The translations under genes were made by a program, and so were the position numbers. A stretch of 62,145 nt of DNA, filler included. It is 8 parts of 8 records of this genome, joined end to end, with 100 filler letters (N's around TTAATTAATTAA, not from the genome) between each part and the next. Parts side by side here need not be neighbours in the genome. Positions count along the whole stretch, not along the records: positions 1 to 6,042 come from SRR20825010_5828; positions 6,143 to 18,752 come from SRR20825010_5835; 6 more parts are not named here. One strand, written 5' to 3'. This document shows, one piece after another, positions 1 through 10,110 of the stretch. Position 1 is the stretch's first letter. Every line of letters starts with the position of its first letter. The notes under the pieces were generated by a model. It was not told the origin of the DNA and searched no databases. It saw nothing but the letters and a program-made list of their open reading frames with translations.

Positions 1-534
1 TCGGGCGGCATGCAGCAGCGCGTCGGCCTCGCCCGCGCCTTTGCCACCGAAGCGCCGATCCTGTTGATGGACGAACCGTTCTCCGCCCTCGATCCGCTGA
101 TCCGCACAAGGCTGCAGGATGAGCTGATCGAACTGCAGAAGAACCTGAAGCGCACCATCATCTTCGTCAGCCACGATCTCGACGAGGCCTTCAAGATCGG
201 CGACCGGATCGCGATCATGGAGGGCGGCCGCATCGTGCAGTGCGGCACGCCTTCGGAAATCGTGCGCAAGCCCGCCGACGCCTATGTTGCCGATTTCGTC
301 GCCAATGTTAACCCGCTGGGCGTCTTGCGCGCGCGGGACGTGATGAGCGAGGAAGAAGCACTTCCGGATTCGCCCGCTGTAGAGGCGGAAACAAAGCTTG
401 CCGCGATGATGGACAGGCTCGGCCACGGCGAGGTGCTGCGCGTGGTGGGCAAGGATGGCAAGACCATCGGCAGCATCCGCCCCTCCGATGTCGTCACCGC
501 GCTCAATCCGGCCAGCAGCGCGGAGACTGCGTGA
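1..534 (+). CDS. Choline/glycine betaine ABC transporter ATP-binding subunit (ChoV/ProV-like), 5'-truncated
   Basis: Frame open from base 1: [13 protein letters not shown] signature, [12 protein letters not shown] Walker B, FVSHD H-loop, short CBS-like tail. Confidence 0.85.
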   Translation, partial: SGGMQQRVGLARAFATEAPILLMDEPFSALDPLIRTRLQDELIELQKNLKRTIIFVSHDLDEAFKIGDRIAIMEGGRIVQCGTPSEIVRKPADAYVADFVANVNPLGVLRARDVMSEEEALPDSPAVEAETKLAAMMDRLGHGEVLRVVGKDGKTIGSIRPSDVVTALNPASSAETA

Positions 535-539
535 GCCGC

Positions 540-560
540 GCCCCGGCCTTGCGCCGGGGC
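540..560. terminator. GC-rich hairpin between convergent genes
   Basis: GCCCCGGC-CTTGC-GCCGGGGC perfect 8-bp stem just after the ABC stop; no U tract. Confidence 0.4.
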
Positions 561-611
561 AGCCCTCGGCTGACGCGTCTGATTGCCAAACGCCAATGGA
601 GCGCAGGCGTA

Positions 612-1604
612 TCAGCGTGGAAGCAGGAAGAACTCCAGCACGCCGGTGCGGATCGCCCGGCGGCGAACCTTGCTCTTGAACGGCAGCGAGATCAAATTGC
701 CGATCAGGCGACAGATCTTGTAGGGCTTGTAGAATTTTTCGATCTTCTCGCGCTCGGGATCGTCCGCGGGAACCGGCGTGCAGGTGTCGACATGCTTGCG
801 GTACAGCCCGATCCACTCATTGTGGGTGTAGCAGGTCATGAACGAATTCGGATGCACCTTCATCACGAAGGTCGGCTTGGACGGCGCCAGGTCGAACTGG
901 TCGAAGGTGAGGAACACGAAATTCGAGGCGAAATACTTCTCGGTTTCGAGGATCGCCTGCGGGTTGGCGTCCTTGTAGTGGGCGCACGGCACATGCCGGC
1001 CGTCCTGGCGCAGGGCATTGACGAAAATGTGCTGCTCGGGCGTATAGCGGTTGTAGCGCTGGCCGCCCGTATCCCAGCTCGCCTCTTCCTCGGTCATCAG
1101 CGGGACGTCGAACAGCTTGCGGATGTCGTCGGTATGGCCGAAAAAGGCAAGATCCGAGGGGTGGAATGGAAAGCTCACGCGCGAGCGTGGATTGCGCGAG
1201 AAATAGCAGGCCGCCAGCAGCTTGTGCGAAAACACCTTGTAGGCGTCGACGCTGTCGGGATAAGCATCGAAGAAGCGCAGAAACCCGTCGCCGTTCAGCC
1301 TGAAATCGGTGCGCATGCGGAAACAATAGCGCGTTTCGACCTTTGCGAGCCCCGCCCTTGTGCCGACGATCTGGCGATTGACATTGTTCGGCTTTTCGCC
1401 GGGTCGCGGGGAATAATAGAAAAAGCCCGGATCCTCGCACAGCACCACATCGTCGCAATCCAGGCCTGAAATATCGGTTCCGACCCAGGTCGACAGGATG
1501 ATTCTGGACGACGGAAAAAAGCGCCTGACCGCAGCAAAGCTGCCGCGCAGGAAAGACTTGTCCACCACGCCCTGAAACAGAAATGTGATTTCGCTTTTGT
1601 TCAT
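612..1604 (-). CDS. WavE-family lipopolysaccharide synthesis protein
   Basis: ITFLFQG...IILSTW...DPG...NNVNRQIVGTRAGL...RMRTD...FHPSD...PEQ motifs typical of WavE; ATG at 1604 with GGAG RBS. Confidence 0.8.
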   Translation of the reverse strand: MNKSEITFLFQGVVDKSFLRGSFAAVRRFFPSSRIILSTWVGTDISGLDCDDVVLCEDPGFFYYSPRPGEKPNNVNRQIVGTRAGLAKVETRYCFRMRTDFRLNGDGFLRFFDAYPDSVDAYKVFSHKLLAACYFSRNPRSRVSFPFHPSDLAFFGHTDDIRKLFDVPLMTEEEASWDTGGQRYNRYTPEQHIFVNALRQDGRHVPCAHYKDANPQAILETEKYFASNFVFLTFDQFDLAPSKPTFVMKVHPNSFMTCYTHNEWIGLYRKHVDTCTPVPADDPEREKIEKFYKPYKICRLIGNLISLPFKSKVRRRAIRTGVLEFFLLPR

Positions 1605-1760
1605 TTCTCCGCACCCCGCTGTCAGCGTGCTCCTGCCCAAATCAGATCATATACTACACGTAGCTCCAACAGATGTAGAGCGAGAACGCAAACTGCCGGT
1701 TCGGAGCCAATAACGAACTATATTTCGGGCAAACCATCGCCCTTTTGCGTTCGATACAGG

Positions 1761-2099
1761 TCATTCCCGCGCGGGCGATCCCATATACTTATCATTGCGG
1801 GCACCCGGTAGCTTCACCACAACGTTGACACTGCCATCCTCCAGACATTCGAAATCGGTCGCCTCGCCCGGCTCCATCACGATGATATCGCCCGCGCCAT
1901 AGTCAATTCCGTTCATGCGGATCCGCCCTTGAACCACGACGGTGAATTCGGTGGCGACCTTGTGAAAATGCACGGCCTCGCTGTCGCCGCGGTCATAACG
2001 CTTGACGGCCACTTCCACATCCTCGGTTTTTGCAAGGCTGGGATCGAAATTGCCGATGAACCAGCCCTTCACCATGTCGTCGAGGCGCGCGGTCTTCAA
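1761..2099 (-). CDS. Cupin-domain protein
   Basis: HFHKVATE cupin metal motif, GDIIVMEPGE second motif; TTG start overlaps the upstream stop, AGGAGG RBS. Confidence 0.8.
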   Translation of the reverse strand: MKTARLDDMVKGWFIGNFDPSLAKTEDVEVAVKRYDRGDSEAVHFHKVATEFTVVVQGRIRMNGIDYGAGDIIVMEPGEATDFECLEDGSVNVVVKLPGARNDKYMGSPARE

Positions 2100-2836
2100 T
2101 GGAGCAGCCCCTCCTTGTGGTCGTTGAGCTGGGAAATATACTGCGCGAGCTGCATTTCCGTCTTCAGCGGATGAAAACTGTCATTGCCGATGAATTCGAT
2201 GCCGACCCTGGCGTGACGCAGGATCATCTCGTTGATGGTCTGGCTGATATAGAAGGCGTTGTTGATCTTGCGATCCTTGCGCACGACGTTGAGCGCCGAG
2301 CGCACGAAATCCCGGCCGCTGCGGAAATAATAGAAGCTCGCCAATGCATGCTTGCTGATCGGCCGCTTCTCGGCAACCTCACAGACATCGCCGTTCTGAT
2401 CGAGAAGCGCGAAGGAATAGCGCGGATGCACCGAGCGGAAGGCGAGCACGCCGGCATCGCAATCGCGTCCGCTGAAGGCTTTGACGATGCCGGCAAGATC
2501 GGCGTCGATCAACTCGTCGGCGGCAACCAGCACGATCTCCTCGTTGTCGTCGATATGTTCGGCCGCCAGAAGCGCCGTGCAGACCGATCCCGCCGTCGGG
2601 CCGGCAACCTCCACGCACAGCCCGTTATCGGTGGTCTGGCGGATCACGTCGTCGACGTTGAACTTGCGGATATCCGCGCTTCTGACGCAGAAAATGATCT
2701 CGCGCGGCCCAAGCTTCTGGAGACCGGCGATCTGGCGTTCCAGAACCAGTTCCTCGTTGAACTCCGTCATGTAGAGCGGATAGAGTTCGCTCTTGATGTC
2801 GAGGTTTTCGCCGCCCATCAGCACAACGATCTTCAT
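2096..2836 (-). CDS. Nucleotidyltransferase-fold (GT-A) protein with degenerate N-terminal motif
   Basis: HPRYSF...EVAEKRPIS...YYFRSG...NNAFYI C-terminal motifs; paralog of 4112-4903; ATG at 2836 overlaps the HAD stop (ATGA). Confidence 0.75.
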   Translation of the reverse strand: MKIVVLMGGENLDIKSELYPLYMTEFNEELVLERQIAGLQKLGPREIIFCVRSADIRKFNVDDVIRQTTDNGLCVEVAGPTAGSVCTALLAAEHIDDNEEIVLVAADELIDADLAGIVKAFSGRDCDAGVLAFRSVHPRYSFALLDQNGDVCEVAEKRPISKHALASFYYFRSGRDFVRSALNVVRKDRKINNAFYISQTINEMILRHARVGIEFIGNDSFHPLKTEMQLAQYISQLNDHKEGLLH

Positions 2837-3483
2837 GCCGCCGACCCCACTGAACTGCTTGCCTGGTCGATCTCGGCAATCCGCGCCTTGATCCGGGCAT
2901 AGGTGACTTCGTCCACTTCCTTGACCACCATGACATGCGCGCCGGAGGCGGTCGCGGCCTTGATGCCGTTCGGGTTGTCCTCGACGATCAGGCATTCCTT
3001 GGGGGAAAGCCCCATGCGCTCGATCGCCTTCAGATAGATCTCCGGGTCCGGCTTGCTCTTCGTGACGTCCTGATTGGAGAGCTTGAAATCGAGATAGGGC
3101 GCAAGGCTCGCCTTCTCCATCATCAGCACCACGGTATCGCGGGTGGAATTGGAGGCGACGGCGAGATGATAGCCTTCCATCCTCAGGCGCGACAGCGCAT
3201 ATTCATGGTCGAAACGGGGACGGCAGCGTTCATAGATGATTTCCATCGTGTAGCGCTGCTTCATCTCATTGATAAAGCCGTGAAGATAGGGCGGCAGTTT
3301 CTTTTCCATGCTGAGACGCTGCAGTTTGGTGCGCGTCGGCAGGCCGTCATAGACGGTGCGGTGCTCGTGGCGCTCGATGGTAAAGCCGAACAGGCCGAGA
3401 GCCCGGTTGAGCGCATCATAGTGCCACTCCTTGGCCTCGATCAGAACGCCGTCCATGTCGAAAATGACTGCCTTGATCGCCAT
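2833..3483 (-). CDS. HAD-superfamily phosphatase
   Basis: FDMDGVL motif I, ASNS motif II, KPDPEIY motif III, VEDNPNG motif IV. Confidence 0.9.
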   Translation of the reverse strand: MAIKAVIFDMDGVLIEAKEWHYDALNRALGLFGFTIERHEHRTVYDGLPTRTKLQRLSMEKKLPPYLHGFINEMKQRYTMEIIYERCRPRFDHEYALSRLRMEGYHLAVASNSTRDTVVLMMEKASLAPYLDFKLSNQDVTKSKPDPEIYLKAIERMGLSPKECLIVEDNPNGIKAATASGAHVMVVKEVDEVTYARIKARIAEIDQASSSVGSAA

Positions 3484-3485
3484 CT

Positions 3486-4112
3486 TCACTCTCCCGAAAA
3501 ATAGGAGCGCGCCGCCTGCGGCGCGTCCGTGCACAAATAAAGCCGGCTGCTATCGATGCATTTGGCCGATTTTATGATCGCCCACTGCAACGCCGTATCG
3601 CGCCGGTGCAGGTCGCTCGACACCACGCAGACCCGCTTCCCCCGTTCGATCAGGTCGTCGATGAGGCCCGGCCCGAACCAGTCGGAGCGAAAGCAATCGA
3701 GCCAGACCCCATCGCATTCATCCAAGAGCGGCGCATTGGGCTGGAGATCGCTCAGGCCGGTAAACACGGTCAGCCCGTCGGCGACCTGCCGCACCAGATC
3801 GGGAAGCGACATGTCGAACACGAAGTAATTCGTATGGCCATGGGCCACCAGTATCTCTTTTACCTTGCCGCTCAAGCCGTCCGCCTTGATATTCAGCGCC
3901 AGCATCAGATTTCGGCCGGCCATGATCTCCAGAACGTCCGAAAGCCGTGGCTCGTTCCCTGTCGGCATGTCATGGGCAATGACAATTTCGCCGTTATGGT
4001 CGCGCAGATCGGTTTCGGTGCCGAAGCCGAGGTCGAAGGAACGGGCGAAGGCGGTCATGGCGTTCTTTTCCGCCGACGTCTCCCAAAGCCCCCTGTGCGA
4101 CAAAATCTCCAT
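3486..4112 (-). CDS. Glycerophosphodiester phosphodiesterase/PI-PLC-like protein
   Basis: SHRG...EKN...ETDLR...IAHD pattern of the GDPD fold; TGATG coupling to the upstream gene. Confidence 0.7.
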   Translation of the reverse strand: MEILSHRGLWETSAEKNAMTAFARSFDLGFGTETDLRDHNGEIVIAHDMPTGNEPRLSDVLEIMAGRNLMLALNIKADGLSGKVKEILVAHGHTNYFVFDMSLPDLVRQVADGLTVFTGLSDLQPNAPLLDECDGVWLDCFRSDWFGPGLIDDLIERGKRVCVVSSDLHRRDTALQWAIIKSAKCIDSSRLYLCTDAPQAARSYFSGE

Positions 4113-4903
4113 CACCGCACCTTTTTCGAAACAGGGTGGGCGAGAAACAGGTCGAGATCGGACGGAATGCCGAGCCCGTACATGCCATCGGCCTCGTTGC
4201 CGATCGAATAGTGGCCGATCCTGCGGCCGTCGCGGATCAGGTAATTATAGGCCGGGCAGATATAGAACTCGCCATTGACGCGTTCGTCGTCGCCGATCAT
4301 CGCCTTCGTCGCCGCCACCAGATCGCGTCCGGTCTTGAAATTGTAGACGCCGACGGTGGCGTCGCTGGAGATCACGCGCTTTTCCGCGGTCTCGACAACC
4401 CGGCCGTTTTCCTCGCGCACGAACGACCATTTCGGGTCGTCCGCCTTCATCGTCATGATCATCCCGTCATAACCGCCGTCATCCATGAAGCGGAGATAAT
4501 CGTTGATGTCGATGTCGATATACTGGTCCGAATTGGCGGTCATCACCGGATCGTCATTGTCGATCAGGTGTTCGGCAAGCATCACGGTCGAGGCCTGGCC
4601 TTCGGTAATGTGGTTTATGCCGATGATCTCGACGTTTCCGGCAAGTGCTGCCAGCTTTTCCTCAAGCCCGTAATCGCGGATATGGCTCGACTGACAGATG
4701 AAGATGAAGCGATGATCGACGGCCGGCGTCAGGTTTTCGACGACGACCTGGATCATCGGCTTGCCATGCACCGGTATAAGCGGCTTCGGGTCGGTATAGC
4801 CCGCCTCGGAAAAACGGCTACCGCGACCGGCCATCGGTATCACAATATTCAGCACTCGATCATCCCTGACGGCTTTGTCTGCCGCATATGCTTTTGCCGC
4901 CAC
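4112..4903 (-). CDS. Sugar-phosphate nucleotidyltransferase-fold protein
   Basis: VIPMAGRGSRF...PKPLI...GKPMI signature, NSD, PKWSF, EK, NGEFY; GTG start with AGGGGA RBS (alternative GTG at 4855). Confidence 0.85.
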   Translation of the reverse strand: MAAKAYAADKAVRDDRVLNIVIPMAGRGSRFSEAGYTDPKPLIPVHGKPMIQVVVENLTPAVDHRFIFICQSSHIRDYGLEEKLAALAGNVEIIGINHITEGQASTVMLAEHLIDNDDPVMTANSDQYIDIDINDYLRFMDDGGYDGMIMTMKADDPKWSFVREENGRVVETAEKRVISSDATVGVYNFKTGRDLVAATKAMIGDDERVNGEFYICPAYNYLIRDGRRIGHYSIGNEADGMYGLGIPSDLDLFLAHPVSKKVR

Positions 4904-5195
4904 AAAAGCATCCCCTGCTTCATAACAGATCGTCGCGCCCCAATGTGCTCAACAATACTTACCCGTAGTCGCACAATATGAACGGAAATTGCGCGCGCGC
5001 GAACCCTACCTTAGCAGAATTGCCTGAACGCTCACCCCTCTTTCCTCTGGTAGTCTAAGCCGCCTGCTCTAGCAACCGCACACGCCTCGCTATCATGCCT
5101 ATCCCACGAAAAACCCTGAATCGGATTGACGCAAAGCAAACGATAGCATAAAGATCAGAAAAATTTGGAACGTGCCAAAACGGGAGGAATCGAGC

Positions 5196-6042
5196 ATGCA
5201 GTGGGGGCTTGTCGGCGCCAGCACGATCGCGGCCGAACATATGATCGACGCCATCAGGTCGCAGAAAGGCAACACCGTCGGTGCAGTGTTGTCCTCAAGC
5301 CGTGAGCGCGCCGACGCATACGCCGCCCGCCATGCGATCCCGAACGCCGATACCGAACTTGCCGTTCTTCTGGCGCGTCCGGAGATCGACGCAGTCTATA
5401 TCTCCACCACCAATGAAAAGCATCTCGACCAGGCGCTGGCCGCCATCGCCGCCGGCAAGCATGTGCTGTGCGAAAAGCCGCTGGCGATGAGCGTTGCCGA
5501 TGCCGGGCGTATGGTGGACGCCGCGCGCGAGGCCGGCCTCGTGTTTGCCACCAACCACCATTTGCGCTGCTCCGGCGCCCACCGCGCCGCCAAGGCGCTG
5601 ATCGCCGGGGGCCGGATCGGCAAGGTTCTGTCGATGCGGGTGTTTCATGCCGTCATGCTGCCGGAGCACCTGCGCGGCTGGCGGCTCGATAATCCGGCCG
5701 CCGGCGGTGGCGTGATCCCCGATATCACCGTGCATGATGCCGATACCGTGCGCTTCTATCTCGATGAGGACCCCGCACGGGTGGTCGCTCAGGCCGTCAG
5801 TTCCGGCCTCGGCCAGGGCGTCGAGGACAGCGTGATGTCGGTCTGGACCATGCCGTCCGGCGTCATGGTCCAGAGCCATGAAAGCTTCACCCACCCGTTC
5901 GCAGGCTCCGGCCTTGAAATCCACGGCAGCAAGGGCTCGATCTTCGCTCGCAACGTCATGACCCAGTTGCCAACCGGGACCATTACGCTGGTGACGGGCG
6001 ATGGCGAGAGTGTGGCGCCCTATGACAGCTATAACCTCTACG
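5196..6042 (+). CDS. afr: 1,5-anhydro-D-fructose reductase-like Gfo/Idh/MocA oxidoreductase, 3'-truncated
   Basis: WGLVGASTIA, VLCEKPLA, TNHHLR, GGGVIPDITVHDAD match the Afr subfamily; GGAGGA RBS. Confidence 0.8.
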
Positions 6043-6142
6043 NNNNNNNNNNNNNNNNNNNNNNNNNNNNNNNNNNNNNNNNNNNNTTAATTAATTAANN
6101 NNNNNNNNNNNNNNNNNNNNNNNNNNNNNNNNNNNNNNNNNN
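6043..6142. other. Artificial contig spacer
   Basis: N44-TTAATTAATTAA-N44; stops in all six frames. Confidence 0.97.
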
Positions 6143-7225
6143 CTCGCGCTCCAGCCGCTCCTGGATGATCTCCAGATGCAAGAGGCCAAGGAAGCCGCAG
6201 CGGAAGCCGAAGCCAAGCGCGGCGGAGCTTTCCGCCTCGAAGCTGAAGCTGGCATCGTTCAGGCGGAGCTTTTCCAGGCTGTCGCGCAGATCCGGGTAAT
6301 CGTTGGCATCGACCGGGAACAGGCCGCAGAATACCACCGGAATGCTCGGTTTGAAGCCCGGAAGCGGGGAGTCGCAGGGGCGCTTTTCCTCGGTGATGGT
6401 GTCACCGACCTGGCAATCGGCCACGGTCTTGATCGAGGCGCTCATGAAGCCGAGCTCGCCCGGGCCGAGTTCCTTGAACTCGGTCAGCTTCGGCGTGAAG
6501 GCGCCGACTTTTTCGACCAGGTGCGTCGCCCCGGTCTGCATCAGCTTTATCTTCTGACCCTTTTTCAGCACGCCCTGGCGCACCCGGACCAGCGCCATGA
6601 CGCCGAGATAACTGTCGTACCAGCTGTCCACCAGCATGGCCTGCAGCGGCTTCTCGCGCTCGCCCTTCGGGGCCGGCAGGCGCTGCACCAGCGCTTCCAG
6701 CACGGCCTTGATGTTGAGCCCGGTCTTGGCCGAGACCTCGATGGCGTCCGAGGTGTCGATACCGATCACGTCCTCGATCTGTTCCTTCACCCGGGCCACG
6801 TCGGCGGCGGGCAGGTCGACCTTGTTCAGGACCGGGATGATCTCGTGGTCCTGCTCGATGGCCTGATAGACGTTCGCAAGGGTCTGCGCCTCGACACCCT
6901 GACTGGCATCGACCACCAGGATCGAGCCTTCGCAGGCGGCAAGCGACCGGCTGACCTCGTAGGCGAAATCGACATGGCCCGGCGTGTCCATCAGGTTGAT
7001 CTGATAGGTCTCGCCATTGTCTGCGGGATAATACAGCCGTACGGTTTGGGCCTTGATGGTGATACCGCGCTCGCGCTCGATATCCATGCTATCGAGCACC
7101 TGCTCCTTCATCTCCCGGTCGGCGAGGCCGCCGCAGAGCTGGATCAGTCGATCCGCCAGCGTGGACTTGCCGTGGTCGATATGGGCGATGATCGCGAAGT
7201 TCCGGATATGGCTGAGGTCGGTCAT
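6143..7225 (-). CDS. lepA: Elongation factor 4 (LepA), 3'-truncated
   Basis: [50 protein letters not shown]. Confidence 0.97.
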
Positions 7226-7314
7226 GTAAAGCGTATACCGTCAAAGTTGCTGGCCGGGAAAATAGGGCCGACCGGGCATTGTGGCAATGCGGAAACGGTG
7301 GGGGCTGCCCTGCT

Positions 7315-8319
7315 TCAGAAGCGGTAGGTCACGCCGAGGGAGGTAAATCGAGAAATATCGCTGTCGGAAGCGATTTCCGGGCTGCGTAAAACCTGGGTCA
7401 GGGAGATCCTCGCCTGGCCGACGGTGAAGACCAGCCCGTAGCTCAGATCGCCGACCAGCAGGTTCTTGTCGACAGAGGCGCTGTCCCGGAAGGTGTTGCC
7501 GTCGAGAAAGATGTTGCGGGCAACGGCCCGGGCCTCGACGCCGGCGAACAGGTACCAGCCGAAACTGTCCGTTGGCTCGAAAAAGCCGGAGCCCGGCGTT
7601 GCCGGCTGGATGCGGGGCGGGCCGTAATCGTTTTTCGGCAGATCGTAGCCAAGCCGGAAGGTCAGGCCGCCATTCGCATGGGTGAAGACGTTCCCGAGCG
7701 CGCCGCCGACATAGGGCGAGGCATCGATCTGGAAGCCGTAGGGCTCCCCGACCAGCCGCTCCGCCCATTTCCGCTCAAAAGTCAGCAGCAGGGCCGGCTC
7801 GTTCTTCAGCTGGGAATCCCAGCCGCGCGGCTCGCGGGTATCGATGGCGCTGTGCACGAAGCTCTGCACCTGCTCACCGAGTGCGGCCGGGCCAACCACG
7901 CCGAGGCTGAGCTGCAGGGAGGTCAGGCTGTCATCCGTATCCGCCAGCACACCGACCGAGCCGTAGAGCCAGCCGGCATAGGGACGGTCTTCCGGGTCCG
8001 GGATTTTTTGCTCGATATCCTGCGGCGTGTACATGTTCTGGCCGAGCTGATAGGTCACGCGGATATTCGCGCCCGGATCGATGAAGGGCGCCGCCGCATA
8101 GCGGACACCGTGCGGCACCCGGTTCAGCGTGTCCGTATACTGGATGGACACACCGTTCGTGTAATTCTGGTCGGTGCCGTTGAAGACATCGTTTTCATAG
8201 GTGACGTTGAACGTGCCGCCTGGTTCGTCCTCGGCGGTGTCGGCCAGAACGGGCCCGGTGAAAGCAACACCAATCGCGGCAACGGATGCGGTTATGGCCG
8301 CAAATCGGGTCACTCTCAT
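7315..8319 (-). CDS. LpxR-family lipid A deacylase / DUF2219 outer-membrane beta-barrel
   Basis: Signal peptide, YENDVF..TDQNYTNG, GQNMYTP, DRPYAGWLY, NIFLDGN, C-terminal YRF. Confidence 0.85.
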   Translation of the reverse strand: MRVTRFAAITASVAAIGVAFTGPVLADTAEDEPGGTFNVTYENDVFNGTDQNYTNGVSIQYTDTLNRVPHGVRYAAAPFIDPGANIRVTYQLGQNMYTPQDIEQKIPDPEDRPYAGWLYGSVGVLADTDDSLTSLQLSLGVVGPAALGEQVQSFVHSAIDTREPRGWDSQLKNEPALLLTFERKWAERLVGEPYGFQIDASPYVGGALGNVFTHANGGLTFRLGYDLPKNDYGPPRIQPATPGSGFFEPTDSFGWYLFAGVEARAVARNIFLDGNTFRDSASVDKNLLVGDLSYGLVFTVGQARISLTQVLRSPEIASDSDISRFTSLGVTYRF

Positions 8320-8460
8320 GAATTTCTCGGTGTCACTGTTTGCCTAATTCCTGAAGGGATATGGTCTGTCCGGCCGGTGAAACAAGGATAGGGCTGCCCT
8401 CCGGGGGGCACAATGGGGAAAGGGGCTGCGGGAAGCAGCATCCGTCCGGGGCCCGTTGCA

Positions 8461-9867
8461 TCAATGCAACAGTAGCCGTCTTGGCAGGTCGATGGCGACG
8501 ACGGTTCCCGTATCCGCCTTGTTGCTGACCGAGATTTCCCCGCCATGCACTTCCACAAAGCGTTTTGCCAGCGGCAGCGAGAGATCGATGCCGCCGCCTG
8601 CCTGGGTCACCGTTGCGTTGGTGACGTTAAACGGGTTGAAGGCTTCGGTGATCTCGTGATCCGAAAGCTTCGGGCCGTTGTCTTTCACTTCGATGCGGAC
8701 GGAATCCTCGGGCTCCGGACCTGCGCTGACATGGACTGACCCTGTGCTCCCCGCGAACCGGAGCGCGCGGATCAGAATTCCAGACAAAGCCTGTTTCAGC
8801 AGATGTTCGTCCCCTTCGACGGAGCCGGTCCCCTCCTCAAAATACCGGATGATCTCCGCCGGACTCGAGCCTGCTTTCAGGCGCGCGATATTGATCGCCG
8901 TATCAACCAGAGCCATGACATCCAGTGTTGCCGGATTGAAATCGACCCGGTTTGCTTCCAGCCGCGAAAGCTCAAGGACCTGATCGACAAAGGAGAGAAG
9001 CACACGGGCCGCCTGATGGATGTCCTCGCCATAGCCCGTATAGCGCTCCGCCATCCGGTCCGCCGGGCTTTTGGCGATGATTTCCGAAAAGCCCATGATT
9101 GCGTTCAGCGGCGTCCTGAGCTCATGACTCATATTGGCAAGGAAGGCTGATTTCGCATTGCTGGCGTTGATTGCGAGTTCCCGTTCGATGCCAAGTTTCT
9201 CATTCGCGATTTTCAGTGCGGTGGCTTGCTCCTGCAATGTGGCATTGGCCCTGGAGAGATCCATGCGGGCGCGCAAAAGCTCAGCAACGATCAGGGCGAG
9301 GCCGATGGCGACAACGAAAACCTGGTCGGCGCTCCGGATCAGGTTTCCGGCCGGAGTGAACACGAAGAGCGGCCAGGGCAAATGCATGGCGCCTCTGGCG
9401 AGAAACAGGATGGCGACAATGCGTCCGATGAATGTCCGGCGCCTGCTCCAGAACAGAAACGAGCAGAAGAGATCGACGACCCCGATCAGTACCGGAAGAT
9501 AGACGATGCTCGGGATCTCCCACACGGCCATCACGGCTTCGGTCCCGACCAGGATCGTGAAGGCGGTTAAGAGGAGCGCCTTCCACGGTACTTTGAAATC
9601 GACATAGGCCATGCAGCCGGCGGTAATGAATGTCAGTGACAGAACGACCATGGTCGCGCCGACTTGAAAGCGATAGGGGTGTTGCCAGCCAAGGGACATG
9701 CCGACCACGTTGTGCAGCAAAAGCAGGGAGAGGCAGAAAAAAGAAGCGCCGAAACTCAGCAGGCGCGCCCAACCAAGCCGATGCCACAGGAACAGGAAAG
9801 TCAGGCTGACGATCAGGCTGACCGTTGCCGAGTAGAAAACCAGCAGGATTTCCGGTGTTATCTGCAT
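8461..9867 (-). CDS. Multi-TM HisKA sensor protein with degenerate HATPase domain
   Basis: About 7 hydrophobic helices, H-box LANMSHELRTPLNAIMGF; N, G1 and G2 boxes altered. Confidence 0.85.
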   Translation of the reverse strand: MQITPEILLVFYSATVSLIVSLTFLFLWHRLGWARLLSFGASFFCLSLLLLHNVVGMSLGWQHPYRFQVGATMVVLSLTFITAGCMAYVDFKVPWKALLLTAFTILVGTEAVMAVWEIPSIVYLPVLIGVVDLFCSFLFWSRRRTFIGRIVAILFLARGAMHLPWPLFVFTPAGNLIRSADQVFVVAIGLALIVAELLRARMDLSRANATLQEQATALKIANEKLGIERELAINASNAKSAFLANMSHELRTPLNAIMGFSEIIAKSPADRMAERYTGYGEDIHQAARVLLSFVDQVLELSRLEANRVDFNPATLDVMALVDTAINIARLKAGSSPAEIIRYFEEGTGSVEGDEHLLKQALSGILIRALRFAGSTGSVHVSAGPEPEDSVRIEVKDNGPKLSDHEITEAFNPFNVTNATVTQAGGGIDLSLPLAKRFVEVHGGEISVSNKADTGTVVAIDLPRRLLLH

Positions 9868-10110
9868 TATGGGGCCTCGGTAGCGTGCTTAGCGGTCATT
9901 GCGCTACTCACTTTGCTTTTGTTGCCCGGCCCAGTTCGAGTTTCGGTTACATTTCAGATAAATCAATCTTTTTCCGGTTTTCCGAAACGGCACCTAAACC
10001 TTGCGGGAAAAACCGGGGCGGCCGAGAGCGACGTGCTGCTACGATGTTGATCCGGTGCAAAGGCCGTGTGAGGTGTTGTGCGTCGGCCAAAAAGCATTCA
10101 GGGGGAAACC

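Noticed and set aside
1760-1776. GTCATTCCCGCGCGGGC resembling a REP half-site
   Set aside because: Lies within the cupin gene end, has no partner arm, and is probably chance
6087-6098. TTAATTAATTAA recurring seven times as a possible biological repeat
   Set aside because: Always centred in N runs; it is a six-frame-stop assembly linker, and ORF ends falling within it are artefacts
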